Shown here one piece after another: positions 40,601 to 54,000 of a stretch of 64,000 nt of DNA. The stretch's first letter is position 1. Each line of letters starts with the position of its first letter. The position numbers were made by a program, and so were the translations under genes. Origin of the DNA: Tachypleus tridentatus (lineage: Eukaryota); the NCBI RefSeq assembly GCF_004210375.1, contig NC_134837.1, forward strand, positions 230,377,567-230,441,566, written 5' to 3'. The notes under the pieces were generated by a model that worked only from the letters and a program-made list of their open reading frames with translations, had not been told where the DNA came from and made no database searches.

Positions 40601-43199
40601 ATCACAATACCAATGTCATTTATAAACCAGAATTCTACATACGAGACACCAGTAGAAAATGGAAACCAGATTCACTTAACAGAAAAAAATCCTTCCGTGT
40701 TTACTACCATTGCAACTAAAAAATACTCTTTGTATATCTATACAAAACATTGTAATTTGAAACTATGAACTGAACATTAATAAATGCAGAATAAAGGAGG
40801 CTATCATAATTGAACAAAACAGCTCCATCCTAATCCATCACATCAGTATAACAAAATATTTTGCTGAGCTGCAAAGCAATATCTGATCATGTAACCTCTT
40901 TGTTCCATACTGTATTTATATTTATATGTCTGTAAAATACTTTAAGTGGATTTCTTTCCATCAAATTTACTTTCAAAATTTAATTAAACTATATTTTGTT
41001 CCTGTGATACCATTCACTGTAGCAGGAAATCATAGTTAATAACCCATATCTTAATTGTATTTAAGTCTTAAGTTCTTCATTTTTTAAGGCAATATTACAA
41101 TAAACATCCAGAATTCCTCAAGAGTAAGAAATGTGACATTTTGTCTCTAGGCATCCCTGCTTCTCTAATGTACTTACCATCCCTCTAAGAAGTATGAAAT
41201 TTAATGTTTTGTTCACAAGTTGTATGTGTTAGCACCTAGCTTAGGCGTACGCACTATGAGTAGCTGTGTTCTTGATGAGGACCTTTTTCATCTTTAGTAT
41301 TCTTGACTCTGACACTGAGATTGTAAAATTTTCTGGTACACATGCAGTAATTTCTTATTACCCTAGACTTATGCAACTTGGAGCTTATGTAAACACAATT
41401 TAGCATGTCAGTAATGTTTGTTTGACAAGGTTTTGTTGCAGTAAATCTTAAATGACTTGTAACTTATCCATTATACCATTATTACTGGTTACTTGAACTG
41501 CAACTCTACTTAAATGACTTGTTGACTCTCCAAGAAAAAAAGCAATGTACATATATATATATAATAAGTTACATGTTATTTAGTTTGAGTTCCAAGTCAA
41601 AAAATTGTGATTTGAGTCCATGTTACTTGACTTGAGTTTACAATTTTGTCCAGCAACAGTTTGAACTTATTCTTGAGAGAAAATTTTATAAAGTGCACTT
41701 GCCTCATCATTTCACTACATATTTTTGTATTTTTGATATTTTTTTAGATTAAATTTTCTGTAGAGTATGAAGTTGAAACTTGTTGCAGAATAACATCATT
41801 TTCATGTGTAACATTCTCTGGAAAGGCAGTTTTGTCTTTTACATATGAATCTCCCAAACCATATCATCCTGTTTAACTTGTGTGTGTTATATTGAATAAC
41901 AACCTTGAAGCACATTACTGTCAGTATGGCTGAGATAGCTTTATTTGTTGTTGTTGCTTATAACAGTTATAAGTTAAGAATTATCTACAGGCACTGAAAT
42001 AGCATTTCCATCCCATTTTCTATTTGTGTGATATGTTTGACCATTTTAAGCCGTTCATGAGTTATCTTTCATTGTTCAATTAATGATGTTACAACATACT
42101 AAGTAATGCATATAGTACCGCTTTTAAGTATTTCTTTGTTACTTGATAATATATAATGGTTGTTTTGTGTATGTATCAGTTTTAATCTACTTTAAAGAGA
42201 TTGGACTGTAATTTACACCATTACTTACATTTATAGAAAACTCCATTTATTTTACTGTGCAAGATATTGTGTAATTAGTTATGTTATTGCCTGAACCCTT
42301 TGAATGCAGATATGTAAATGTAATTTTATCACAGTTAGCTGCAAAACAGCAGACAAAAATAAAAATCCATTTAAATTTTAAGTGGATGTTATAATAGTAG
42401 AATAACTCTTCTACTAGGAAAAAATTAATTATTAATAGCTGATGATCAACCAGAAAAAAAGATAATTAGCCAAGCTTCTACAGTGTTTGCTAGTAATGTC
42501 TTAAAGCATTACTATTGTAGTTTTCTTCAAAGTGATTAACATACAGATATTAGGTTAAAAACATTATTTCAGAAGCTTTTCAGTGTAACAGAATCAGTAT
42601 ATTTAATTACATCAGTTAATCTCAGACAGATAAGCCCTACACTTCATGCTGAAACTGTAAAATATATTATCAACAAGTGTTATAATGTCTAAGAAACATG
42701 AACTTCAAATTCTAAGAGAAATACAGAAATAGTACCTAAAATAGAACACATCAAAATTGAGACTGAAGAATTGGTTACATTCAACTAATAGCTGTTCTAA
42801 CATGAGATCTTAAGTAGTTAGAATGACTGAAAACTAATTTTGAGAAATTAGTTATTTTTGTGAGTTGTAATACTAATTTATGAGATCTTGAATTACTTAA
42901 ATGATAATGAGAAATCATAACAGTATTTTGTGTGCTTGGCTAGTTGGAACAATAAAAAACAATAATAATTAGTAACAATAATTTTTATTAATTGGTTATT
43001 TTTTGTCATGTTAATTGATTTACATGTGTCAAAGGCCATGTCATTGCATTTATTAACTTGCATTCAAAATTTTATTTAATTACTATGAATTTTGTCAATA
43101 AATTTATTTGGTATAAAATTGAAGTTTATAATTTACATTTTTGTAGTATTGAGTAGTTAATGTCTTATTTTAAAGATAAATAGTAAAAGAACATACCTA

Positions 43200-44400
43200 A
43201 ATATTGATTTTTTGTATCATGAGGAATGTGAATGCAGCACTGGTTCAAATGAGATGTTTCAAATGTCAAAATATTAAGTCTAGTTTCTTACGTATTAGTA
43301 ACCCAAAATACTTATATATCTTTTCTGTTTCCTGAGATATTCAGTAAAACTTTATATTTTGTTATTTTCTCTACCCTAACTCTGTACAAGGTGAGACACT
43401 TTGACTGAACTTTAACGACCAAAAATATATAAATAAACTAAATTATCCTTCTTTTTCTTTCTATAATGATATCAACATCAAATTGTAACATGAAACTATA
43501 TTTGTTTATCCTAAGTAGCTTTAAATTTGTAACACTATATATTTATTTATATTCAAATTTTATTGTTTTATTGCCTTTTAAACCCATCTCTAACTACTGC
43601 ACACACCATTATAAGTTAGAAATCACTTGGGAATGTGGAATTCATGTTATGCTAATAAATTAGATCACCCATGAGCTATTCTGAGCTGCTTTCATGAGTG
43701 CCTTGTGATAAATGTTTATTGTATTGTTATTATTATTACTTGTTTTTACCTGATCTTGCCTTAATTAACCAAAATGTTTATATATTTTAGTTAATTTTAT
43801 AGTAATAAATAAAGAATACACATTAAAAACAAGAAATAAAGTACTTGTCTGGACCTTCTTTATTTTCTTCTTGACTGTTGATGACACTGAAATCTACTTT
43901 TCTGTACTAACAATAGTAGAGCAATAAATAGTTTTTATTTAATTAAATAATGTACATAAAATAATATGTAAAAATCAGACATTATCCTGTAACTATTATT
44001 CTGACTTTCTAACTGTGTAACAAGAGTCATTACAAGTTCATCCAAAATTCTTTGAACAGAAAACAACATAATCTCATATGTCATTTAATAGATTAAAACC
44101 TTGGCTTTGTATTGGTTATAAGTGATATAGTATTAAATGTAAGAGACAAATCCTGAAAGAAATGATGTGACAGTTGAGAATGGCCTAATTTTCTGTTTGA
44201 TGGTTGAGTTTTATTGAAAACTGTAAAAGTTACACTTTCTCTTGGTGATAATGATTTTATATTGAATTATGTAAGTTAAATTTCATAATTATTGGAGGGG
44301 TGATGAACAAGATAAGATGTATAGAGAAAATGTGTTGCATTATGGGAAATTTGGGATTTTTAAAAACATTGCAATATATAGAATTCAAAACAGAAAACTT
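43200..44400. repeat. Intron-5 segmental duplication, copy 2
   Basis: See 37450-39130. Confidence 0.65.
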
Positions 44401-44866
44401 ATAAACTGTTAAAATGTGGAGTAGTAGCTATGTGTTTATTATTCTTTTTTAATTGGTATAACATAAACAAAAGTAGTTTAATTAAATTTTGAATGCAAGT
44501 CAATAAAAAACTCATAACATGCAGTAAAGGATGCCTGTGGTAAGAGGGTTAAAACCTCAGAATAAAATATCTGTATAATAAGTTTGAAAAACAATTTTTG
44601 TGTGCACCTTTAGTTCTTTTTAAGGAAATTTCAATTTTCTCTACAGTTCACATATGGAAATTACTAAATGCAAAGTTGCCAAATGTATAAAAATATATTT
44701 AAACATTGCATTAATTGTTTTTGAATCCTATTATATATATATAAATCTGGGTGTAATTATCCTTGTACATATTACTCTTTGTGTATGTTTGTGTGAATTA
44801 TTGTATCTTAAATGCATTAAAATGATTATAAACACTCAGTGAAGTTAATTGTTTTGCATTATTCAG

Positions 44867-45004
44867 CTCCAGAGTGAATGGAGCAAGACAGCTGTTAATG
44901 TGTCTCCAGAAGTTCTTGGCCTTGTGGATTTTCTCTGGACAGAAGCAATGGGTCACTTGACAACATTTTTATCTGTGCCACCTGCACAAATTCCTCAGTG
45001 GAAA
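44867..45004 (+). CDS. PARP4: PARP4-like exon 6: start of PARP alpha-helical regulatory domain (LQSEWSKTAVNVSPEVLGLVDFLWTEAMGHLTTFLSVPPAQIPQWK)
   Basis: Acceptor gttttgcattattcag| and donor AAA|GTGAGT. Phase 0 to 0. Aligns to human LSQEVSDLVEMIWAEALGHLEHMLLKPVNRISLNDVSK. Confidence 0.88.
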
Positions 45005-45860
45005 GTGAGTATGTTCTGACAATGACAGATGGTTTTTCAAACATTTTAAAAGCAAAGTTTGCAAATGACCAAAGAGCATAATGCAATTTTATCCTGATAT
45101 TAAAAGGTGAATCTGTCTGAACAATGGAAGTAAATATGTTCTGACAACAGAATACAAGTTTATCTTGAATTTGGAAAGAGATCTTGTTATAACATCATAC
45201 ACCAAATTTGTTTTTATGTTGCAAGGCAAGTATTAAAATTGGAAAGGAGCTTGTCCAGATGTTAATGGTATGGTTATTTTATTCTTATGTGAAAGAGTTT
45301 GTACAGGCAGTAACTGGTAGGCTTATTCTAATCTTAGAAAATAAATTCAGGTATTGAAAGATAACTTTGCTCAGGCATTAAAAGCTGAATTTATTTAGAC
45401 AGTGAAATGCAAGCTTTCTTTATATAAGAAAAACAAGTTTGTTCAAACAGCAGAAAACGAGTTATAAAATTTGATGGGAAATTTTTCATGTTGGAAATTG
45501 CATTTTCCTTTTGTAAAAAGTTTATTTAGACATTAGAAGATACATTTAGCTATTCAGTGTGATACAGTTTTGTCCTGACTTTATGACAGTGAATTTACTT
45601 GGAGAATGAACCATATTTTGTTTTGGACAGCAAATTTAATTTGATATTGGTGTGTGTGTTTATGTAGGCATATCAAAACAATTTTATTCTGACATTAGTA
45701 AATGGGTTTATTTTAACATAAGATGTGAAATTATCAAAGGGTTGAATACAGATTTGTTCTGACATTAATGACAAGTTTGCTTGACAGTAGAAGGTGACTT
45801 TGTTTCTGCATTAGAAGGTTAGTTTGTTGAAACACTAAGAGGGTGTGCTAAGACATTAAA
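45005..45860. repeat. Minisatellite, ~40-55-bp degenerate unit with core (A)TGTTCTGACA(A/T)…, starting exactly at the exon-6 splice donor
   Basis: The cores TATGTTCTGACAATGACAG, TATGTTCTGACAACAGAATAC, TTATTCTGACATTAGTAAATG and TTTGTTCTGACATTAATGAC, with related units, recur along 850 bp. Confidence 0.6.
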
Positions 45861-45994
45861 TTGTGAGTTATATATAAACTAGTGAACCAATACATTTATA
45901 GGGCTGCTACAATGCAAATTTACTGCTTAAGCAAGTATTTTGTACTTTTTTCAACTTAATGGTTATTGTTTCTGTAATGCAACTTTAATTTCTT

Positions 45995-46340
45995 TAGTGA
46001 AGCTATGAATGAAAATTAGTAGCCCTACCTATTTACATGCTCTTATGTAAGTCAGTGCCAAAGTAGGGTCCCCTTTTGAGGGTTTCACAAACCAATATTT
46101 TTGAGAAATACCTGATTTCCCTAAAGGGCTGAGTAAAACTTTTTGCCTTTGTGCAAACCTTGGGTTCAGGTGTTTGTTTGGAACCATTTAGAAGTTGGTT
46201 ATCCCAACAGTTTATGAAAAGGGATTTGGGGGAACCTTTGAATTCTCTAAGAGTTGGGGTTAAAATTCTACTTGTGGGGAACCCTTGAAGCTGAGAAAGT
46301 TCACTTAGTACTGTTTAGAAGCTGGTGCAGCCATCTGTTG
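45995..46340 (+). repeat. Interspersed repeat family X, copy 1 (paralogous to 60790-61055)
   Basis: Shared blocks TATTTACATGCT.T.ATGTAA, …TTTGCCTTTGTGCAAACCTT…, and ACCATTTAGAAGTTGGTTATCC/GGATCC. Contains an internal TTTGTGCAAAC direct repeat. Confidence 0.55.
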
Positions 46341-48054
46341 AGAAGGAGCTACACGACGTACAGATAGACACTGAATTTTATTTTATAGATTTTGTATGAT
46401 GTTATTGGAATTAATAAATAAACAAAATGTTTAGTGTTATTGAAATACTATTAGATACATTTACTATATTTTATGTTAATCAAACAAGGAAATATGTTTT
46501 TATTACTTACAGAAATAAATATATTTTACGATGAACTGTATTGAATTTATGTAAGTCAAAATTGATACATTTAATCAGATATCTGATTATATTTAGAAAC
46601 TTTTTAACATTTTTTTAAAAATTTAATTCAGTTCAACATTTATTTCTTCTCCAGTTATCACAAATATTGATTTGGGGCACTTGGAGCTGGAGAAGTTAAA
46701 AACTTAGTTTTTTTCCATTTAGTAGAGAACAGTGTTTGCTAATGTGGTGTAAGACAGATGTGTCCTTAAACTAGACAAATACAGATTTTTTCTAAACAAT
46801 TGAACATACAATTTTCTGGAATTGGAAAGTCTTTTAGATATTAGAAACTGAGTTTTGCACGTCATTTGGAAGTTATTTTGTCCAGACAAGGAAAGACAAG
46901 GTTGTTATGATGTTAGAATTTGAATATTTTGATTCTGGATTAATGAATGTTTATAACCATTTTTACCCTTGGTAGAAATCTTAATTTGCTTTGTCTATTG
47001 AAACTTATTTTTGATGTTATAAACTTCATTTGTGAATGTAATAGTAAAATGTTATTAGTAATGTATGTGAATATGAAAAGGATATTAACTGTACTGAGTG
47101 TTTAATTACTGTTACCATTTAAAAGAGTTTTGAATTTTTAAAAATAGCAAAGTTAACTTTTATGAACTAAATATTAAAAATAGTTTTTTAATTTTTTTTT
47201 CACAAGTTTTTTATCAGTTGTGTATGTAGTGTAACTTTTGTTTATTTTGTTCACTACTTTTCACCAGATTTATCCGAGACTAACATAAATTAATTAAAAA
47301 AAAGAAAATGAATCATGTGAGAATCTCAGGCAATAACTTATAGATTCTCACATAATTCCTTTTTCTAACACTGATATTGTCAGCCATGGGTATTGCTTCT
47401 TTTTTGGGTTGTTTTTCAACTCATCTGATTATTTTCAGGCAGTTAAAATAGGCCAACATTTTCAGAGCACTGAAACAATACAACTGACATTACAGGAAAA
47501 GTCTCCTGTGCATTTACTATGGAATCTGAAAATAATTGCAAAGTTAGAAAATGCTCTATCTATTCCAAATAGCCTTGATAGTGTTCCTGTGATATTTTAA
47601 TACCTGAAGTTAAGTTAAACAAAACTTGGGAAGGAAAAAAATCCTTCAGCAAATAAACACTCATTGAAACAAACTTAGATAAGAACTAAGAACTTATTAA
47701 GTACTTCTGAAGCTTATTCTGATGAAACATTGCAAGAAGGTTTCCCAACATAATCTAAAATTTTGTTCATCTTATGGATTAGATGGGAGTTTAGGAATTA
47801 TCTATTGTGGTTTAAACCACTAGTTTACACTAATGCTATTGAGTGTTTGTTGTCTTACAACTCTCCAATAAAAAGTTTTTCAACAAAAATTATATGGAAT
47901 CTTTCTCTCAGTTTTATAAGTTAAAATAGCCCATAAAGATGGGTTTCTGGTATGGATGATTTCATAGCACCAACAACCTGGTACTACAAAAATAAAAAAA
48001 TGAACTTAAATTTAAAATAAATAAAGATTTATTTATATAAACGTTTATTTACAG

Positions 48055-48231
48055 ATTGATGAAGCAGAAGGAATTTTGTCCCAACTTGAAAAACTCTTGA
48101 AAGAACAAAACATTAAGGATCTTATGGTGCGACTAAGTCAGGAATTTTACTCTGTTTTGCCTCATCATCCACAACATCAGTGTCCAATCTTAGACAAGAA
48201 AGTGTTAGTGCAGAAGCAAGACTTATGTCAG
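48055..48231 (+). CDS. PARP4: PARP4-like exon 7: PARP regulatory domain (IDEAEGILSQLEKLLKEQNIKDLMVRLSQEFYSVLPHHPQHQCPILDKKVLVQKQDLCQ)
   Basis: Acceptor tttatttacag| and donor CAG|GTTTGT. Clear alignment to human AEGILLLVKAALKNGETAEQLQKMMTEFYRLIPHKGTMPKEVNLGLLAKKADLCQ. Confidence 0.9.
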
Positions 48232-48984
48232 GTTTGTGTGGTGGAAAACTTAATTCATACTATCAGGTTTGACTTGCACATGCTGAAATGAGAAAAAGGA
48301 AAAGAGATCCAATATTATTGGAAGTTGTACACTTTGATTTGATTACTAAGTAAATAAATACTTTTCATTTATATATTTCTAATAGTTTAGAATCTGAAAT
48401 ATTCTAAAGATTTTGTTGTTGTTATTCTTTCAGTTACATATTTGAATTTGACTAACTTTTACAGTACTGTTTGGAGGTATTGCTCCTGCATGTTTTCTGC
48501 TTCAAGGGTCTCAAGTTGTGTTGAGTCCTAATGACCATATGAAAGACACTTATGCCATTTTGTTCCATTTAAAACATGAAACACGTGGCATATTTAATAT
48601 ACAATATTTATGTGTAATTTATAGTAGTAATACAACACAATAAAAAGTGGCTATTGACATAATTATATTCAGTTGACAAAGAAATTTTTATTATTGATTC
48701 AGTTTATAACATGTATGTTTCATGTATTAGATGAAGGTCCATGTAACCTCCATAATAAATCTATAACTAGTATTTTAGACCATGTTATTGCAAGTTATAG
48801 TCAATTATATATGCATATACTGAACAAGTTATAGAAAAAAAAATAAATTGCAAAAATAAAGTATGATATAAGGATAGCAATGCCAAAGAGCACAAACACA
48901 ATATAAGGATAAATACAAAAACAGAAAAAATCATACAAAATACATTACATAAGTAGCAGGTAAATACTGAGTCAATCTGACATG

Positions 48985-50568
48985 CTTATGATTACACTAT
49001 GTAACACAAATTTTGTTCCTGGATAGTATGTGTTATTTCTGAATTGCTTATGTTGTAAAAGTACAGAAAATGACATTATTCCCTTCAAACTTTGCTTTTG
49101 TGACCCGGATAATGAAGTTTAGAAATTAACCTATTTTCAATATAAAGACGGGCAAACTTGCACATTTTCATTTACATAAGGTCAGAATAAAACAATATAT
49201 GAATCAAGATTTACATGTATTCATACTAAAGTTATATAAAAAAATATTTAGAAGTGAGTAGTTTTTTGAGATTTGTGTCTATAATGTAAATCACTTTCAT
49301 GTATCAACCCCCAACTATATTTTCCCATCATATTTTCATTATACACTCTGGTAGCAGCATTCAACGTACAGTATATCTTGGTGCAAGTGCTCACGTTGCT
49401 CTTTGAGGTGCACTAAATGAGCCAGGGGAAGAGATGGATACTTATTCTCATTATGGAGCAGCACAGCTTTGAGGCTTCTGGATGAGCTATAAATGAAGAG
49501 GCACTACTCGTTCAGGTTATAGGCATTTCCAATTGCCTTGCACAGACCGGATACATTGTGACAGAAGCAGAGCCCATCTTGACAAGTGAAGAAACTTGAA
49601 AAATGTCACTGACACTTCCTCTAACGTTCGAGTTGCACACTTTCATTTAACAAATCTCACTTCTTGAGCCTAGATGTTAAAAGCTTGGCATTCAACTTTG
49701 TTAGACCGAGATCTCTGATCAAGTCATTGAGTTTTCTTTGGTTGGAGTAGTATGAGTTTCTCTCATCAGCTGCACCTCTGAAATTGTAATCTGAATCTTC
49801 AATATCTACCTTCTCCTCTTATTTGCTGTTATCTTCTGAGGATGGCTGCTTTCTCTCTGGCAGAGAGGGTACAAGGGAGCTCAGGGCAGTGTGGCACTGG
49901 GGCGTGGATGATGGAACATCCAGATGAATGGTAGCAGATGCATTCTTCCCAGGCCGACATTTGGAAGGGCCCACCATGCAGAAGTAGCAATTGCTTGAGT
50001 GGTCAGTGGGTTCATGCCAAATTCTTGGAATAGCAAATTTCATGGCTCTGTTTTCCTCTCTGTACCATCCTGCAAAAGAGCAAAATAAAATTGTTATTAT
50101 GAAGAATAAATTTATTTCATCCATAACTAATGTGTAAGAGGTTCATGCAAAATATTTTATATGTGATATTTTTTCTATACTATTGGAAATTAAAAGAAAA
50201 AAAGATAATTAAAATTTTTAAAGGTCTAAAATTTGTATAATATAAAATCTTATTATTCAAGCAATCAAAAATTGTCTATCTTACCTTGTAAAGTATTTTT
50301 GCAGTGCTCACAGGTAAAATTAGGTGCCCAGGGTTTTGTCTGAATCCCTGACAGGTATTCTGAAATATGCCTTGTAGGCTTCACACATTTTAGCAGATGC
50401 TGTCACAGAGTACTTTTTCACTCTTGTCTTGATAAATTGGCCACATACATAGCAGGATGCATTTCGAAAATACTTTCAGCTTCTTGATGCCATCTCTGAT
50501 AAAATCAAATAGGTCTGTGTGTTCACTTATGCAGCTAAAATTAAACTAAAGTGGTGCGTGGTGAGCCC

Positions 50569-50614
<46 letters not shown>

Positions 50615-50940
50615 CTATAGAAGGTTCTAGAAAATTCTAAAAGGTTCTTGAAAATTCTTGTAAGTTTTACAACATCCTAGAAATTCTTGTAAGTTCTACA
50701 ACATTCTAGAAAGTTCTTGAAAATTCTTTTAAGTTTGAGAAAATTCTCTATCAGCTACTCAGCTCTGAATCAACCTGGAATATTTTGGAAATTGGGAAAA
50801 TTTGAAAATTTCATTACCCAGGTCTTTGAAAAGAAAAATAGGTCTTTTCCTTTTACTTTAGGCATAAGCAATTGGGAAATATCACTTTCTACCCAGGAAC
50901 AAGAAAAAGTAAAAGTTTTATTACATAGTGTTATTAGTCA
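48985..50940 (-). mobile_element. Interspersed repeat copy B (about 1.9 kb) of the same family as 24265-25790; contains a (TA)n microsatellite
   Basis: The minus-strand ORF at 49819-50124 reads MDEINLFFIITILFCSF…KFAIPRIWHEPTDHSSNCYFCMV…. A (TA)~20 run sits at 50572-50612. A 30-bp tandem repeat x about 4 sits at 50600-50740. Confidence 0.7.
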
Positions 50941-51449
50941 CTGTAAGACTTTATAGCATTCTTCAATTTAAATGCTTTTATTTATCCTTGTAACTGATAG
51001 GAATGCAACATTTAGTTGTAGACAAAGTGTATTGGAAAGAATTGGCTACTTTTCTAGTGATTTTCGAATGGTTTTGTGTGACCCGTTCCTCAATTGTTTC
51101 TGTAATTATTAGCATCATACTTTATATTAGCAATTTTTTTTATTACTTGTCATCTTTTATTTTTATTTAAATAATTTCATTGAAGTTGGTAGATAAACAA
51201 ACATTTTTATATTTGTAATTTATTGGTAATTTACATTGGTAATATCATATCAGTTTTGTCAGTTTCTCTGATTTTGGGCTATTGACATTAAGGGTATGTT
51301 TACGTTACAGAACCCATATCTTCCAACTTAACCTAGACTAGATTCGAGGGCCATGTCAGTTAATAGGAAGGATGTCACACAGATTCCAGGCTATGTAGTA
51401 TGATATCATGCATGCATACACAGCTGTATGATTTAACTGTTCAAAAACT

Positions 51450-54000
51450 TTTGCTGTTTTTGTTCAAAGATCTAGCCAATTTCCCCTCTTTCATCACTCT
51501 CTCACAACTTGATCCTGGTATCAGTAGATGACAGCATGTTGGCAGTGACTGACTTTGTTGTCCAGGTAGCTGCTCACTCTATTTCTAGGACTTCATCATG
51601 TTTTCCACGGTGTCCACACCTATGAGAGAAACCTGCCTGTCAGGAGGCATGGAAGGCTCATAAACAGACTTGGGATACCCTTCACAGGTATCCCACTCAT
51701 TCAAACCACATTGCTTTCCAATGAGCCCATTCTTGTGCTTGGCAGGTTAGACATTAAGGCCAAAATGAATCTTGGATTAAGTTTACAACTGTCAACCATT
51801 TCAAAAGTCATATGGGATAAGATTCAGAAAGTCAATAGAAATAATTCTTTACATCCCCTTATCATCTTGCTCTTCACTGGACAAGGGAGTTCCTGATGTA
51901 TAGAGCATGGCTAATACTCTCAGTGAGAGCTTTTCTCATGCATGTAGCACTTCTGTTTCTTCTCATGCTTTCTTGGCCATCTAGTCTCTGGCAAAGTGAG
52001 CACCTCTGTCCTTTCTGGTTGATCATTTCTATGACTATAATTGCTCCTTTACACTGGTGAAACTTAAATTTGGTCTTCATTTATCTGGCAGTACTTTGGT
52101 CAGACCTGATGAGGGTTACTGTTAGATGCTGTACCATCTCTTTCATGCCTCTCTTGCTATTATTCTGGTTGTTTTTAACCTAATCTGGCAGAAAAATGTT
52201 TTTCTTAATACTTAGTGTCAGACTATTATCCTTTTTTTCTCTAAATCAGCGAAGTATCCCAAGATTCCTTCTAATCTTTGTCTAATTTATTTGGCAAGCT
52301 GTTTCTCTATGATCTTAGAGAGGATGATTAATGCTCTTCGTGTTTGGTTCCTTGAATCACATAACCTCCTCTCATCCATCCAGTATGGGTTTCATGGACA
52401 GCACTCCCACCATGCACCATTTTATTTTACTTCAAATTTTGATCAAGGAAGCTTTCCTCAAGGGAGAGCATCATGTTTATGTGTTCTTTGGCCTTGAGAA
52501 AGCTTAAAACAATATGTATTGAATTAGATTACAGTAAATGGTTTTACCTTTTCTTTTTCCAAAATCATTTGCATACATTTTTGCCACCAGTGGAGCCAAC
52601 TTCCTGGTCTCAAATACTGTCTCAGTGATGTTATTCTTCTTGTGGATCCTGAGGCAAAGTTCTTTGGACTTATCCTTTACTGTAAACTTACTTTTAGTTC
52701 TCACATAAAGCAGCTGTGTGTTATATGTACAAGGGCACTAAACATTCTCTATGTCCTTTTTTTTCACCTTTTTGGGCAGCAGATTGGTGCTCTGTACACA
52801 AGGTCTATGGTGCCATCATTTGATCCAAACATCATTATGGGTTTCTGGTCTATGGTTCTGTGAGGACCTTGGCCTTGAAGATGCTGGACCCCATTCACTG
52901 TCTTGTCTTTGACTTTCTATACAGGCTTTTCACAGTTTGTACACACAGTCCCATGAATATTCTCTTCACCTCTAGCATTTGCAACTTTTAATCTTTACCA
53001 CAACATACCATATGGGGTTGTATCTTTCTTCCTCAATGAGCCATGCTCTTTCAAAATAGATGGTCTGCAATTCCTGCTTTAGGCCTTCATATCCAGACAG
53101 AACTGAAAGAAATTAGTCTGGAATTGGAAGACATTGCTGTCCCTAATGATCAGTCCATTGCATCATGTCTTATTGCTATTCCCAGATGTGACCTTTCTTT
53201 GATTAAACCTGAAAAGGTGGATACGTCTAATTGAAATTACCACCTTCTCTTTGACGAACATCTTTTGAACCATCTTTCTATTCCCATTTATGCAGATGGT
53301 TTGAAAACTGATGACTCTCTGGGCTCTGCCATGGTTTGTTGTGGCAGAGTGGTTGCTCACAAAATTCACTCTGCAATTTCTGTGGTCATTACTGAGTTGT
53401 ATGCCATTTCTCTTGCCCTGGATCATGCAAAGGCAATGAAGCACACCAACTGTACTGTTTACACTGACTCTCTTCACATTAATACTTACCCTGTTCTCTT
53501 TAATATTCAATGACACTTGGCCCATTGTTTCTTCATATTCCATTGATAAAAAATTTTTTGATATCTGGCTATGTTGATATTTATAAGAACAAGCTTGCTG
53601 ACACTGAAGCTAAGTGTGTCTATTCTGGTGCTGTTATGGCCATTCCTTTTTGATATATGGACTATAGTCAGCTCTTGAAGACTCAACTTATTGCTAGTTT
53701 ACAGTCATCATGGTGTGAAAAATGTGATAACAAGCTTTTCCAGGTTAAACCTTTTGTTGCTCCGTAGCCTTCTTGTTTCTGTAATGATTGGAAGGAGAAA
53801 GTTGTCCTGGCTGGGCTACACAGTGGTCACAGTTTTCTTTTATCTGGGTCTGACCCGCCAACATGTGGCCTTTGTAAAACTCAAGTCACAATAACTCACA
53901 TTCTACTGTCATCCTGCCATTAAGATCGTGCTCAGCAGCACCAATTTCAGCAGGTCTTTTCCATGTGTTTACCCCTTACAGTGATGACGTCAGTGGTGAC
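51450..54000 (+). mobile_element. LINE copy 3 (same family): RT, RNase H and C-terminal Cys-rich tail; 5'-truncated and degraded
   Basis: Nucleotide homology to 1-2165 and 10440-11230. An RNase H block reads CGRVVAHKIHSAISVVITELYAISLALDHAKAMKHTNCTVYTDSL. The tail reads …NKLFQVKP… then a CxxC/HIL-like C-terminus near 53800-53920. Confidence 0.75.
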
